Below, piece by piece: positions 39,528 through 47,712 of a stretch of DNA of 64,000 bases (its first letter is position 1; each line of letters begins with the position of its first letter). The stretch is from NCBI GenBank assembly GCA_017558505.1, contig JAFYUM010000011.1, positions 13,439-77,438 on the forward strand, written 5' to 3'. Source of the DNA: Ruminococcus sp. Its GTDB lineage: Bacteria > Bacillota > Clostridia > Oscillospirales > Ruminococcaceae. The translations under genes and the position numbers were made by a program. The notes under the pieces were generated by a model. That model was not told where the DNA came from. It searched no databases and saw nothing but the letters and a program-made list of their open reading frames with translations.

Positions 39528-41900
39528 ATGTTCAAATTAGCCTACAGATACATGAAAAGCAACATAAAAAGCAGTATCAGAGCAGTGTTTGGAATTGCTT
39601 TTTCGATAATGCTGATGTTTAGTCTTGTGCAGATAAGCGGCTATATTATGGATAGTTTTAAAGAACTTGTCAGTACAGGAATGCGTCGTGACTTCACAGT
39701 GTATAACATAAGTGGTGAAGAAACAATTGAAATTCATCATAAACTTACAGAATCCCCGGTTACAGATAAACAAAAGATTATGTCTATGATCTGGGTAGGT
39801 TCTGTTTATGAAACAGAACTTGAAGAATATAAAGTGCTTGGAGTTTCGGGAGATATTGATTATTTTAAAGATACCAGAATGATAAGTAATTCTCTACCAA
39901 CTGGCAACAATGAAATATGCATAGAAAAAAGTTATGCTGACAGAAAAAATCTAAAAGCAGGTGATGAAATATCACTTAATATATTCTTCTTTAATGAATT
40001 GAGCGGTGAAAGTGCAGAGAAGACATTTGATTTTACAATAAGCAGTATTATTGATGATCTTGTTGATGATGGAACGTATTTTTTTACAAGTCTTCCCTGT
40101 GCAGTAAACATTATTAAAGAAAGTGGCATAAGCAGCGATAATCTTTCTAACTCAATTGCTTTTGAAACAATCGAGGGCGATTATGATGTTGAAAAGACAG
40201 TTGATGCAGAATATCTGATTAAAGATATATTAGCGACAAAAAATCCTGAGAAAGCAGAAACTTTTTTTAAGGAATGTATCATAAATAATGATCAGAAATC
40301 TATGAATTATGACGAAAAAGGTACATTTACTTCGGTTTCCTTCGGAGTGCTTGCGATTTCTGTGATTATTGCGTTATGTATGATTATTTTTGTTTATAAT
40401 TCTCTTAATATAAGTCTTATTCAGAAACTGGATAATCTTGCTGTTATGAGATGTATAGGAATGAATAACCGACAGCTTGCACAAATGGTGCTTGCAGAGG
40501 CTATAATTCTTACTAATATTTCATTTGTTGCAGGTGTGGTAGCTGGTAATTTGCTGAATATGCTGGTGGCAGAAAAAATTGTCGGAACGCTTATACAGGG
40601 TGGAGCAGATGTGAGTATTTCCCAAAACCCAATTATATATTTAACAGTGTATATACTTGCAATGCTTTCTGTTCTTATTGCTTGTGTGCGTCTTATATTG
40701 AGATTTTATAAAATAAAGCCTATTAACCTTTCTAAATTTGGAAGCGGGAAGGAAATAAAGAGCAATTTTTCCAAGGGTGGATTAAGTGGAAAAAGATATT
40801 TCTATGGTTTTGCTACAAGAAATATAAAGCGTAATTTTTCTAAAAGTATCACACAGATTGTAACAGTTTCTTTGAGCTATCTCCTCTGTTTTGTAATTTG
40901 TAATACATTTCTTACTGTAAGTACAGGTTCATCCAAAAGTCTTGCTGATATATGTGATTATTCGTTAAAGGCAGATATTGTTCTCAGTCAGAGTTGCTTT
41001 ACTGAAGTTGATGTGGATGTTTTGAAAGATAAATACAAGATTGATACTATTTATACACAATCAGATTTAATGAATGAAGTTGAATGTAATGTTAACGATA
41101 ATTCAGTTCAGCCTATTGTATATAGTAATAATCTTGCAAGTGTACTTGCAAAAAACCTGAAGCTTGATTATAATAGTGAAAAGCCTTTTGCGGTACTTAT
41201 CGGTGAAGGATGCTCTGATAAAAAGGATATAAGTGTTAAGGTAAATGATAAGGAACACATAATTAAGCTTAATGGTTCATATGATGATGTTTCTGATAGC
41301 TTGCAAAGTGTACTTCGTTCAATTGGAACATATCTTCTCATGAATGAGAAAGCTGCTTCTGAAATTGGTTGTAAAACAGATACATTTTCGTCTGTTTTAC
41401 TTGAAACAAATGAAAAAATCACAATCGAGTCAATTAATGAAGAATTTGAAGGTATTGAGTTGGTTGTTGAAGATATGAACGAAGGTAAAAAACAGAGTGC
41501 ACAGCAGCTTCTTGGAATAGTAATGCTTGCGATTTATATTGTAGCTGCAACTATCTTATTAAGCTTTATGATAATCAATAATACCATAAGAGAAAACGCT
41601 GTTACAAGAAAGCGTGAATTTGGAATTATGTGTGCTATTGGTATGAAACGAAAAAGTCTTTGTAAAATATGCTGTTGGGAAAATGTAATACTCAACGTTA
41701 TATCATGTGTTGCAGGCACAGTTTTGTCATTGCCGATAAATATATATATTACTATGACGCTTCATAACAATATACGTGTTTCTGCGACAGCTTACGTAGT
41801 TGTTATTGCGGTATTTACAACTGTAACTGCGTTTTTCTCATATTTATTCATGAAGAAATATTCGAACAGTTCCATTGTTGATATGATTAAGATTGATTAA
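39528..41900 (+). CDS. FtsX/MacB-type ABC permease with two FtsX domains
   Basis: LAVMRCIGMNNRQL and REFGIMCAIGMKRKSL FtsX motifs, two large extracellular domains. Confidence 0.85.
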   Translation: MFKLAYRYMKSNIKSSIRAVFGIAFSIMLMFSLVQISGYIMDSFKELVSTGMRRDFTVYNISGEETIEIHHKLTESPVTDKQKIMSMIWVGSVYETELEEYKVLGVSGDIDYFKDTRMISNSLPTGNNEICIEKSYADRKNLKAGDEISLNIFFFNELSGESAEKTFDFTISSIIDDLVDDGTYFFTSLPCAVNIIKESGISSDNLSNSIAFETIEGDYDVEKTVDAEYLIKDILATKNPEKAETFFKECIINNDQKSMNYDEKGTFTSVSFGVLAISVIIALCMIIFVYNSLNISLIQKLDNLAVMRCIGMNNRQLAQMVLAEAIILTNISFVAGVVAGNLLNMLVAEKIVGTLIQGGADVSISQNPIIYLTVYILAMLSVLIACVRLILRFYKIKPINLSKFGSGKEIKSNFSKGGLSGKRYFYGFATRNIKRNFSKSITQIVTVSLSYLLCFVICNTFLTVSTGSSKSLADICDYSLKADIVLSQSCFTEVDVDVLKDKYKIDTIYTQSDLMNEVECNVNDNSVQPIVYSNNLASVLAKNLKLDYNSEKPFAVLIGEGCSDKKDISVKVNDKEHIIKLNGSYDDVSDSLQSVLRSIGTYLLMNEKAASEIGCKTDTFSSVLLETNEKITIESINEEFEGIELVVEDMNEGKKQSAQQLLGIVMLAIYIVAATILLSFMIINNTIRENAVTRKREFGIMCAIGMKRKSLCKICCWENVILNVISCVAGTVLSLPINIYITMTLHNNIRVSATAYVVVIAVFTTVTAFFSYLFMKKYSNSSIVDMIKID

Positions 41901-41916
41901 TTCAGGAGGATAGATT

Positions 41917-42585
41917 ATGTCAGTAATTACAGTGAAAAATCTCAATAAATATTATAAAACAGGAAATGAAAGCTATCATGCATTAAAAAACATTAATTTT
42001 GAGGTTGGTGAGGGTGAATTTGTAGTAATCCTTGGCCAGAGTGGCTCTGGTAAGAGTACTTTGCTTAATATAATAGGCGGTCTTGATGACTATGATTCGG
42101 GTGATGTATGTCTCAATGCTATGAATTATAAGGATACAGATGATATCACGATGTCAAATTTCAGATGCAGTACAATAGGGTTTGTATTCCAGTCATACAA
42201 TCTTATACCAGTTCTTAATGTGTATGAAAATATAGTTTTTCCTGTAAACATAAGTAATAAAAAAGTAGATGAGGAATATATCAGTCAGCTTATGACAAAA
42301 CTTGGTATAGCGGACAAGAGAAAATCATTTCCATCCATGCTGTCAGGTGGTCAGCAGCAGAGGGTAGCGATTGCCAGAGCCCTTGCGAATAAGCCGAAAA
42401 TCATTTTAGCTGATGAGCCTACAGGAAATCTTGATACAATTACAGGAAATGATGTTTTACAGATATTGCTTGATGGTGTTCATACCTATGGTCAGACTCT
42501 GGTTATGATAACACATAATCCAAGTATTGCTGAATATGCTGATCGTGTGATAAGAATTGAGAATGGAGTAATTGTGCAGCAATAA
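41917..42585 (+). CDS. LolD/MacB-type ABC ATP-binding protein
   Basis: GQSGSGKST, IGFVFQSYNLI, LSGGQQQRVAIARAL, ILADEPTGNLD. Confidence 0.93.
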   Translation: MSVITVKNLNKYYKTGNESYHALKNINFEVGEGEFVVILGQSGSGKSTLLNIIGGLDDYDSGDVCLNAMNYKDTDDITMSNFRCSTIGFVFQSYNLIPVLNVYENIVFPVNISNKKVDEEYISQLMTKLGIADKRKSFPSMLSGGQQQRVAIARALANKPKIILADEPTGNLDTITGNDVLQILLDGVHTYGQTLVMITHNPSIAEYADRVIRIENGVIVQQ

Positions 42586-42623
42586 AAGTGTGATTGCTTT
42601 TTGGATGAAAGGAAATGTGTTGT

Positions 42624-43064
42624 ATGCAGATAGTGGAAAATCAAAATTTATATTTTGATAATGTTCTTTCATATGTTTCTGGTATGGATAATACGCAGAC
42701 TATGGGGCTTGTAAATCATATCTTGAAGAATCTTGAAAGTATAGGACTTGAAGTGAGAGAAAAAGTTATGTTCACCTATTCTGATTCGGAAACAGAATTT
42801 CTTATTCCTTTGAAAAATGAAAAAACGTATGAAAACAGTGGGTATAGAATTAAACCAAAATTCAAGATGATAAATGCTGTGAAAATCAGATTTGAAGGGG
42901 ATTTTGGCGACATTGATATAGCGTTGAAAGCGTTGGAAAAGTATATATCTGAAAAAAAGTACAGGGTGATTTCACGGCCATATTATGTAGTTGTAAGAAG
43001 TAATGTGAATTCAAACAGTGGGATTTGGGATATATATATCAGTATTGACGGTAATATATTTTAG
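42624..43064 (+). CDS. GyrI-like/DUF5085-type small-molecule-binding protein
   Basis: About 146 aa, beta-alpha-beta-beta pattern, AVKIRFEG...LEKYISEKKY...PYYVV...WDIYISIDGNIF. Confidence 0.55.
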   Translation: MQIVENQNLYFDNVLSYVSGMDNTQTMGLVNHILKNLESIGLEVREKVMFTYSDSETEFLIPLKNEKTYENSGYRIKPKFKMINAVKIRFEGDFGDIDIALKALEKYISEKKYRVISRPYYVVVRSNVNSNSGIWDIYISIDGNIF

Positions 43065-43077
43065 TTTTTTGTAAAGT

Positions 43078-43240
43078 TATTGCTCCACCAATAAAACCTT
43101 GCTAAAAAAGACGAATACAGAAAGATAATTTATCAAGGAAGAAAAACGTAGAAATAAATCTTCATTTCAAGTTTTTCTAACGTAGAGAAATTTTCTTTGT
43201 GTCTGGTGTTTGATGGTAAGGGTTAGTTGGTGGAGCAATA
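43078..43240. repeat. 163-bp element bounded by perfect 14-bp inverted repeats
   Basis: TATTGCTCCACCAA (43078-43091) and TTGGTGGAGCAATA (43227-43240). Confidence 0.6.
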
Positions 43241-43305
43241 TTTATAGGGATTTTAATATTTCCCTTATGACTCGATTGTATATAGAAAATTACAGCATGA
43301 AAGCG

Positions 43306-43341
43306 AAAAACCTTCTTAAACATGATGTTTTAAGAAGGTTT
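43306..43341 (-). terminator. Probable terminator of the micro-ORF transcript
   Basis: Perfect 13-bp stem AAACCTTCTTAAA/TTTAAGAAGGTTT, ending in U5 on the minus strand. Confidence 0.65.
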
Positions 43342-43366
43342 AATTATATCAATTTCCAAAAAACAA

Positions 43367-43395
43367 TTGACAATTGGCTCGAAATGTTGTATAAT
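43367..43395 (+). promoter_or_regulatory. Consensus sigmaA promoter of the LytTR/HK pair
   Basis: TTGACA-17-TATAAT. Confidence 0.78.
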
Positions 43396-43418
43396 AAAAT
43401 ACGAAAAACATTTAATGT

Positions 43419-43460
43419 TTAATACCAGAGTGAATTTAACCATTCTACTAATTTTGACAT
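43419..43460 (-). CDS. 13-aa micro-peptide MSKLVEWLNSLWY (candidate signalling peptide)
   Basis: GGAGG (43472-43468) 7 nt before ATG; own promoter upstream and terminator downstream. Confidence 0.62.
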   Translation of the reverse strand: MSKLVEWLNSLWY

Positions 43461-43535
43461 TTTACTTCCTCCATTTTGTTTAATTATAGTAATATAGAAC
43501 TTTAGAAATGATTTTAACACGTGTTTATTAGCATG

Positions 43536-43606
43536 ATTATATAATAACTCATTCGGAGAAATTATGCCACAAAAGTGGAGCGAAAGGATATGTTTTTTGA
43601 GTAAAC
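43536..43606 (-). promoter_or_regulatory. LytTR-type promoter of the micro-peptide
   Basis: GTTTACTC (43606-43599), N13, TTTCGCTC (43585-43578), N36, TATAAT (43541-43536); same spacing as at 33321-33391. Confidence 0.65.
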
Positions 43607-43645
43607 GGGAAATAAAAATGATTTTGGAATTTATTTGGAGGAAAA

Positions 43646-44359
43646 ATGAAAATAGCAATATGTGATGATCAAAAGATTATGCGCGAACTTCTGAAAACAC
43701 AATTGGAAAAATACGCTCATAAGAAAAAATTGTGTTTTGTTTATAATGAATACGATAACGGGTTTGAGATGATTAAAAATGCCATAGATAATGATCTGAT
43801 TTTTATGGATTATCAAATGGACAAGATAGATGGGATACAAACCGCTAAAGAATTAAGAAAAAAGAAAATTGAAACGCCTATTATATTTCTTACAAGTTTT
43901 CCAGACGTTGTTTTCGATGTTTTTGAAGTAAAAGCATATCGTTTTTTGACAAAACCAATTAGCGAACAACAATTAACCAATGCGCTTGATTCACTTATTG
44001 AAGAATTTGCAGAAGAAAACTTTCTTGTCATAAAAACCGATGATGGAATAAAAAGAATAAATATCAATGATATAATATGTGCAGAAGCAGTCGATAAGTA
44101 CTGTTATATAAGTACGACCAGTGGCACAGTTTTATATAAAAAGACATTATCTGTTTTAGAAGAACAATTGCCATCAAATTTGTTTTTTCGTTCACACAGA
44201 ACATATCTTGTAGGTTATAGTCATATTCTGTCTCATACTAATACGGAAATCTTACTTGACAGTAAAGAAAAAGCGTTGATAAGTAAAACGAAAGCTTCGG
44301 CTTTTAAAAAAAATTTTTTAGAATATATAAAGAATTACAGTATGAGAGGGCGAAGTTAA
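43646..44359 (+). CDS. LytTR-family (AgrA-like) response regulator
   Basis: IAICDD, LIFMD, FLTS, AYRFLTKP, FFRSHRTYLV; GGAGG RBS. Confidence 0.93.
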   Translation: MKIAICDDQKIMRELLKTQLEKYAHKKKLCFVYNEYDNGFEMIKNAIDNDLIFMDYQMDKIDGIQTAKELRKKKIETPIIFLTSFPDVVFDVFEVKAYRFLTKPISEQQLTNALDSLIEEFAEENFLVIKTDDGIKRININDIICAEAVDKYCYISTTSGTVLYKKTLSVLEEQLPSNLFFRSHRTYLVGYSHILSHTNTEILLDSKEKALISKTKASAFKKNFLEYIKNYSMRGRS

Positions 44360-44360
44360 G

Positions 44361-45668
44361 ATGGTAGCGGGAATTATTGACGGTTTATTGTGCTTTCTGA
44401 TTGATTTTCTTTTTGTGAATTTTATTTCAGAAATGTTTTCTTTTAAAGTTGATTGGTGTAAAACTTCAGTAATACTTGTTCTATATACTTCATTTTCAGA
44501 ATTTATTTACCATATAAGCTCGCCTGAATTGCCAGTTGCATTCAAAGTATTGATAATGCTTTTTATTCCGCTGCGTACTTTTATTGTATGCTTAATTATA
44601 TTCAAAAAATTCGACTGGAATATACTCTATTTTACGTTGATGCACATTGTATTGTCCCAGATTCCTGATTCAATGATTGTAATTATTGCTCCGGATATAA
44701 GTGAATTTTTAAGAAATATTCTTGTGCCGCTTGTTATAATAATTTCACTTTTTTTAATCTGGCTTTTAATAAAAAACAGAAACAGATTCAATATGTTTCG
44801 TGACAGTTATAATAAAATCAACTGGCTAACCAGAATGATATTGTTGTTTTCAGTGTGGATATTTACATTGTACCTTACAGTTGTACTTGATCCGGAAGAA
44901 AGACCATTTTCTGTATTTATAAGACGAATGCTGACTTTCCCAATGTTTATAATAATGGGCATTTTAGTAGCATTTATCGCATCAGTTTCAGTTTCAGATA
45001 AGAAAAATAACGAAACAGCACAAATTCTTGCAAATCAGATTGACGATCAGGTAAGATACTATGAAAAATTAATCAAGATAAATGATGATATCCGAGGGTT
45101 CAGACATGATTTCAAAAACCATCTTATATGTCTGAGAAGCTTGCTTAACAGTGGACTGACCTCTCAGGCGATTGAATACCTTGATGATATAGAGCATATA
45201 TCATCCGTAACAACAGATAAATACAAAACAGGAAACATTATTGTCGATTCACTTCTTGATGATAAATCAGACAAGGCAGCTACTGTTTCGGCAACAATAG
45301 AATTCAGTGGATTTGTACCGACTATAGGAATAAGCAATGCGGATATATGTATAATACTGTCGAACGCTTTGGATAATGCTATTGAAGCTTGTGAAAGAAA
45401 CGGCGGAGGTATCATTAATATTAAATCTGATTTCAGACAGGGATATTTCTTTCTTGAAATATCAAATCCTGTACCTGTTGATGTCAAGATACAAAACACG
45501 CAGCGCTTAACAACGTCAAAAAGAGATAAAAATATTCATGGTTTCGGAATGCTTAATATATATAAAACGGCTGAAAAATATAACGGTAATTCAAAAGCTA
45601 CAGCTGAAAACGGTGTATTTACGCTTAATGTGGAATTGCAGCTTTCTGACGAATTTTCATCAATATGA
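44361..45668 (+). CDS. AgrC/ComD-like (HPK10) GHKL membrane histidine kinase
   Basis: 6-7 TM sensor, FRHDFKNHL H-box, ILSNALDNAIEAC, TTSK...HGFGMLNI. Confidence 0.92.
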   Translation: MVAGIIDGLLCFLIDFLFVNFISEMFSFKVDWCKTSVILVLYTSFSEFIYHISSPELPVAFKVLIMLFIPLRTFIVCLIIFKKFDWNILYFTLMHIVLSQIPDSMIVIIAPDISEFLRNILVPLVIIISLFLIWLLIKNRNRFNMFRDSYNKINWLTRMILLFSVWIFTLYLTVVLDPEERPFSVFIRRMLTFPMFIIMGILVAFIASVSVSDKKNNETAQILANQIDDQVRYYEKLIKINDDIRGFRHDFKNHLICLRSLLNSGLTSQAIEYLDDIEHISSVTTDKYKTGNIIVDSLLDDKSDKAATVSATIEFSGFVPTIGISNADICIILSNALDNAIEACERNGGGIINIKSDFRQGYFFLEISNPVPVDVKIQNTQRLTTSKRDKNIHGFGMLNIYKTAEKYNGNSKATAENGVFTLNVELQLSDEFSSI

Positions 45669-45730
45669 TAGGAACTTCGAAAAACTCTGTAAATTGTGAT
45701 AAAAACGTTAGATAGGAGTGTCCTGAAATG

Positions 45731-45807
45731 AAATGCTCCTCTTTTGTTAAGACTTTGATTTGGTATATTGCTATTATACCACGTTGTCTAACAAAAGGGG
45801 AGCATTT
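45731..45807. terminator. Long inverted repeat between convergent genes at the right end of the island
   Basis: AAATGCTCCTCTTTTGTTAAGAC / GTCTAACAAAAGGGGAGCATTT with inner hairpin GGTATA/TATACC. Confidence 0.65.
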
Positions 45808-45863
45808 AATTTTTTCTGAACTTGTGCAGTTTGTTCATTAAGAAAGTGGGTGTATCGGTTATA

Positions 45864-47705
45864 TTACCACAACGGATTTTGTCCGGTGGATACGGCAGAA
45901 TAATATTCCAGTATTCTTGAAGCATCAGAGGAGTCGATAACTGTATCGCCGTTTACATCGGCGGCAAGGAGCTGAAACTCTGACAAAACAGAGCCGATAC
46001 CTGTCTGTGTAGCTGCATATTCTGCAAGAATAAGCGAACCGTCTGAAGAATCAATAATTTTATCCTCATTTACATCGCCAAGAACATATTCGGGCTGTCC
46101 GATTATATGATAATCCATATTGTATGTGTTTATATAATCCTGAGCCGTTGAATTTTCGTGACAATAAATTCTTGCCGTTGAGGGTATAGTATCCTCCGAG
46201 TCGTAAATTACACATTCCGGATTTTCGATAGTGATTTTTTTCAGCGATGTACATTCAAAAAATGCACCGTTTCCAATAATATTTACGCTTTGCGGCAGTG
46301 TAATATCATCGAGACTTTCGCAGAGGGAAAATGACATTTCGCCTATGCTTTCCACAGCTTCGGGAATGGTGATCTCTGCAAGACTTTCGCACCATGAAAA
46401 CATATTGTTCTCAATAGTGCTTATGTTTTTCGGCAGAGTGATTGATGTCAGCTCTGTGCAGGCGAAAAATGCACCTTTGCCTATGTGTGAAATGTTGTCG
46501 GGCAGTTCTACGGAAACAAGTCCGCACGAATAAAAAGCTTCTGTTCCGATATCTGTGATGTTATCAGGGAGTTTGATTTCTTTAAGATTAAGGCATTCAT
46601 AAAATGCAACATCTCCCACGGAGATAAGACTATAAGGCAGGGTAATTGTTTTCAGATTATGGCAATAAGCAAATAGCCATTCAGGAAGCTGTTTTATACC
46701 ATTAGGGAAATTAACTGAATTAAGCTCTGTGCAGCCGAAAAAGGCACCGTCAGCTAATGCCGTGACTCCGTCGGGAATTGAAATATCTTCTGTACAATTT
46801 TTACCGTCTATGAGTATTCCTTTTGAGATGACAAGTGGATTTTTTGCTCTTTCGGCGTCAAGCCACGGTGTTCCCTCAAAGGCATTTATTCCTATGCTGC
46901 TTATGCTTCCGGAAATATCCATCTGCGCCAGTTTTTTACAGCCAGAAAAGGCATATTCGCCTACATAGCAAACGGTATCAGGCATTGCTACAGATGTTAT
47001 GTTCGTACAATAGGCGAAAGCACCTCCGCATATTGCAGATACTCCCTCGGGGATAACAATATCGTTTTCGCACAGACTGCCGTCGATAAGGAGATTATTG
47101 AATGTAACAATAGGTGATACTGACCGTTGTCCATCGAGCCATGGAGTTGATTCAAAGGCAGATGTGCCGATATATGTCACACTTTCGGGAATGTTTACGT
47201 TTTCAAGTTCCCGACAGAAGCCGAAAGAAGATGAGCCGATTTCTTCAAGGGTATCGGGGAGAGTAACTTCTGTCAGGTTTATGCAGTCTGAAAAAGCATA
47301 GTTGCCGATAGAAACAAGGGTATCGGGGAGCTGTACTGTCTGTAAGGCGGAACAGCCGCGGAAAACCTCGTCGGGGATATGGTCAATTGTTGAGGGCAGG
47401 GAAACTTCTGTAAGAGAACTGCAGAATGAAAATGAACTGCTTCCTATTGAAGTAACTCCCTCCTCTATGGTTACAGATGTGATAAAATCTCTGTAATCTG
47501 CCCATACAGTATAATCGGAGGTGCGCCAATCGGTCATATCTCCATGACCGCTTATTGTAAGAGCTCCGGTATTATCAAGAATCCAGTAAAGGCTGTCTCC
47601 GCAGGTTCCCTCCACCGTGCTGCCGGCAGCAAGAGAATATCCGTTTATGGATAAAATGGCAGTTGTACAGGTGCTGATGAAGGAAATATATTTTTTGAGT
47701 TTCAT
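45864..47705 (-). CDS. Secreted BspA-type LRR protein with C-terminal dockerin
   Basis: Signal peptide; many 22-23 aa LxxVxLPxxLxxIGxxAFxxC repeats; GDVNEDKIIDSSDGS...ADVNGDTVIDSSDAS. Confidence 0.92.
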   Translation of the reverse strand: MKLKKYISFISTCTTAILSINGYSLAAGSTVEGTCGDSLYWILDNTGALTISGHGDMTDWRTSDYTVWADYRDFITSVTIEEGVTSIGSSSFSFCSSLTEVSLPSTIDHIPDEVFRGCSALQTVQLPDTLVSIGNYAFSDCINLTEVTLPDTLEEIGSSSFGFCRELENVNIPESVTYIGTSAFESTPWLDGQRSVSPIVTFNNLLIDGSLCENDIVIPEGVSAICGGAFAYCTNITSVAMPDTVCYVGEYAFSGCKKLAQMDISGSISSIGINAFEGTPWLDAERAKNPLVISKGILIDGKNCTEDISIPDGVTALADGAFFGCTELNSVNFPNGIKQLPEWLFAYCHNLKTITLPYSLISVGDVAFYECLNLKEIKLPDNITDIGTEAFYSCGLVSVELPDNISHIGKGAFFACTELTSITLPKNISTIENNMFSWCESLAEITIPEAVESIGEMSFSLCESLDDITLPQSVNIIGNGAFFECTSLKKITIENPECVIYDSEDTIPSTARIYCHENSTAQDYINTYNMDYHIIGQPEYVLGDVNEDKIIDSSDGSLILAEYAATQTGIGSVLSEFQLLAADVNGDTVIDSSDASRILEYYSAVSTGQNPLW

Positions 47706-47712
47706 ATATTAA

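Noticed and set aside
43415-43483. Plus-strand hydrophobic 22-aa ORF MFNTRVNLTILLILTFYFLHFV (type I toxin or pheromone candidate)
   Set aside because: No Shine-Dalgarno; AT-rich antisense frames are often hydrophobic. The minus-strand ORF has RBS, promoter and terminator. Not fully excluded.
43065-45668. Classical agrBD quorum system
   Set aside because: No AgrB and no AgrD-like peptide with a Cys-containing ring motif and acidic C-terminal tail near the LytTR/HK pair.
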